From the NCBI GenBank assembly GCA_012799825.1, contig JAAZKK010000073.1:798-64797 (forward strand): a DNA stretch of 64,000 nt, given 5' to 3'. The notes under the pieces were generated by a model. That model saw only the letters and a program-made list of their open reading frames with translations, was not told the origin of the DNA and ran no database searches. The position numbers were made by a program, and so were the translations under genes. Numbering within the stretch: position 1 is the stretch's first letter; every line of letters begins with the position of its first letter. Positions 63,082-64,000 of this stretch are shown here, one piece after another. The DNA comes from Clostridiaceae bacterium (lineage in GTDB: Bacteria > Bacillota > Clostridia > Saccharofermentanales > DTU023).

Positions 63082-64000
63082 TGTAGAAGCTCCCTAATTT
63101 TCAACGCAAGTTGAAAATTAAACGCGGTCTCCGGATCGCGAAGGTCAATCCCGTACATATCTCTTATACGATTGATTCGGTAAATAATCGTATTGTAGTG
63201 AGTAAATAGAACTTCGGCAACGCGCTTAAGGTTGCCGCCGCACTGGAAATATACGCGTATAGTCTCAATAAGATCGCCGCGATGCTTCTCGTCGTGCTCT
63301 TCTAAGGGATCCAGAACTTCGTGGGCATACTTGAGGGCGTCTTCACGCAATAACGGGTGGCCGAGCACGCGCAACAAACCGAGATCGCTGTAGAACAACA
63401 CTCGTTCATCCGATTTGCGGCTGACCAAAATGCGCACCGTCTGTTCAGCCTGGCTAAGGCTTGAAGAAAGATCCTGATACGTCTCCGCGATCGAGCCGAC
63501 ACCGACATAAGTGAATGAGAGAAGATCTTTCTCTTTCGCGCTCTCAAGCAGAATATCGATAAATCGCTGACATTGTTCCCTTTTGGCTTCGTCAGAAGCA
63601 TTTTTATCATATTGCAAAAGGAAAACGGCACGGTCATTTTTGCGTGTCGAAAGAAAATATCCGTCGTATTCCTGCTTCAGACGGTTGGTAAGATTGAGAA
63701 TATTCGTATTGATATTTTTAATCATTCGAGAATTATTCGGCGTCATCTGCAAAGGCAAATCTTGTTGAACAAGAAGCACAACGCACTGACTTGCGAGCTC
63801 AGGATGGAAAAGATAATAATCGGCGTTCTCAATCGCTTTCTCCTGTTCCTTCTCATCACTGCTCAACAACTTCTCAAGAAAAGTGCTGCGATGCACATTT
63901 TCGCGGTCGACCAGCGTAATACGATTCAAGATATCGAGCGCAATCAGAGAAGTCGCGGACTCAATGACAAAAAGATCGCGCTGACGGATCACGTAATCCG
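63078..64000 (-). CDS. PucR/CdaR-family transcriptional regulator, C-terminal ~300 aa (gene probably continues past the window end)
   Basis: C-terminal PucR-type HTH (LKRVAEVLFTHYNTIIYRINRIRDMYGIDLRDPETAFNFQLALKI). The reading frame stays open to position 64000. Confidence 0.7.
   Translation of the reverse strand, partial: DYVIRQRDLFVIESATSLIALDILNRITLVDRENVHRSTFLEKLLSSDEKEQEKAIENADYYLFHPELASQCVVLLVQQDLPLQMTPNNSRMIKNINTNILNLTNRLKQEYDGYFLSTRKNDRAVFLLQYDKNASDEAKREQCQRFIDILLESAKEKDLLSFTYVGVGSIAETYQDLSSSLSQAEQTVRILVSRKSDERVLFYSDLGLLRVLGHPLLREDALKYAHEVLDPLEEHDEKHRGDLIETIRVYFQCGGNLKRVAEVLFTHYNTIIYRINRIRDMYGIDLRDPETAFNFQLALKIRELLQ

Noticed and set aside
1-64000. Mobile elements, CRISPR arrays, prophage genes, toxin-antitoxin pairs and classical defence systems (restriction-modification, Abi, CBASS-type and similar).
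   Set aside because: Reading the ORF set and the intergenic regions, I recognised no transposase, integrase or recombinase, no Cas or nuclease-helicase effector motifs, and no regularly spaced repeat arrays. A profile-based scan (for example DefenseFinder, PADLOC or ISfinder) would be needed to exclude them formally.

Overview
This is a gene-dense, almost entirely minus-strand chromosomal window from a Firmicutes/Clostridia-like genome. That assignment rests on gene order: mraZ-rsmH-ftsL-PBP-murF-mraY-ftsW-murG-ftsQ-sbp-ftsZ, then rimP-nusA-ylxR-infB-rbfA-nrnA-truB-ribF.

In window order it contains:
- the 5' end of a formamidase-family gene coupled to a Liv-type ABC importer
- two adjacent uncharacterised genes (5540-8833)
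- ddl, coaD-rsmD-recG-nth, and an HtrA-like protein with a two-component system
- nrdR and a reduced dcw cluster
- an AT-richer block encoding HPr, a GntR regulator, PsuG and a four-component mannose-family PTS
- larE-larB-larC without larA
- rodA, lgt and the translation/transcription operon
- tRNA-Arg(CCU), a uracil/xanthine-type permease, a nitroreductase and a stand-alone allophanate-hydrolase C-domain-like protein
- a cyclase / DUF1116 / FdrA / DUF2877-position / PucR cluster

I recognised no CRISPR array, transposase, integrase, phage gene or known defence hallmark.

The candidates most worth follow-up are:
1. The PTS-PsuG operon, which has no pseudouridine kinase and may phosphorylate its substrate during uptake.
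2. The unknown two-gene module: a 3-TM protein with a long helical tail, next to an acidic-repeat protein.
3. An HtrA-like protein with both the catalytic His and Ser replaced.
4. The FdrA/DUF1116 ureide-type cluster, including an unlisted 57-codon ORF.
5. A 41-bp exact copy of an ftsZ segment inside a small lipoprotein gene.
6. A RibF whose kinase half looks degenerate and carries a Cys/Gln-rich insert.

All family calls come from motif recognition by eye. No database search or computation was run.
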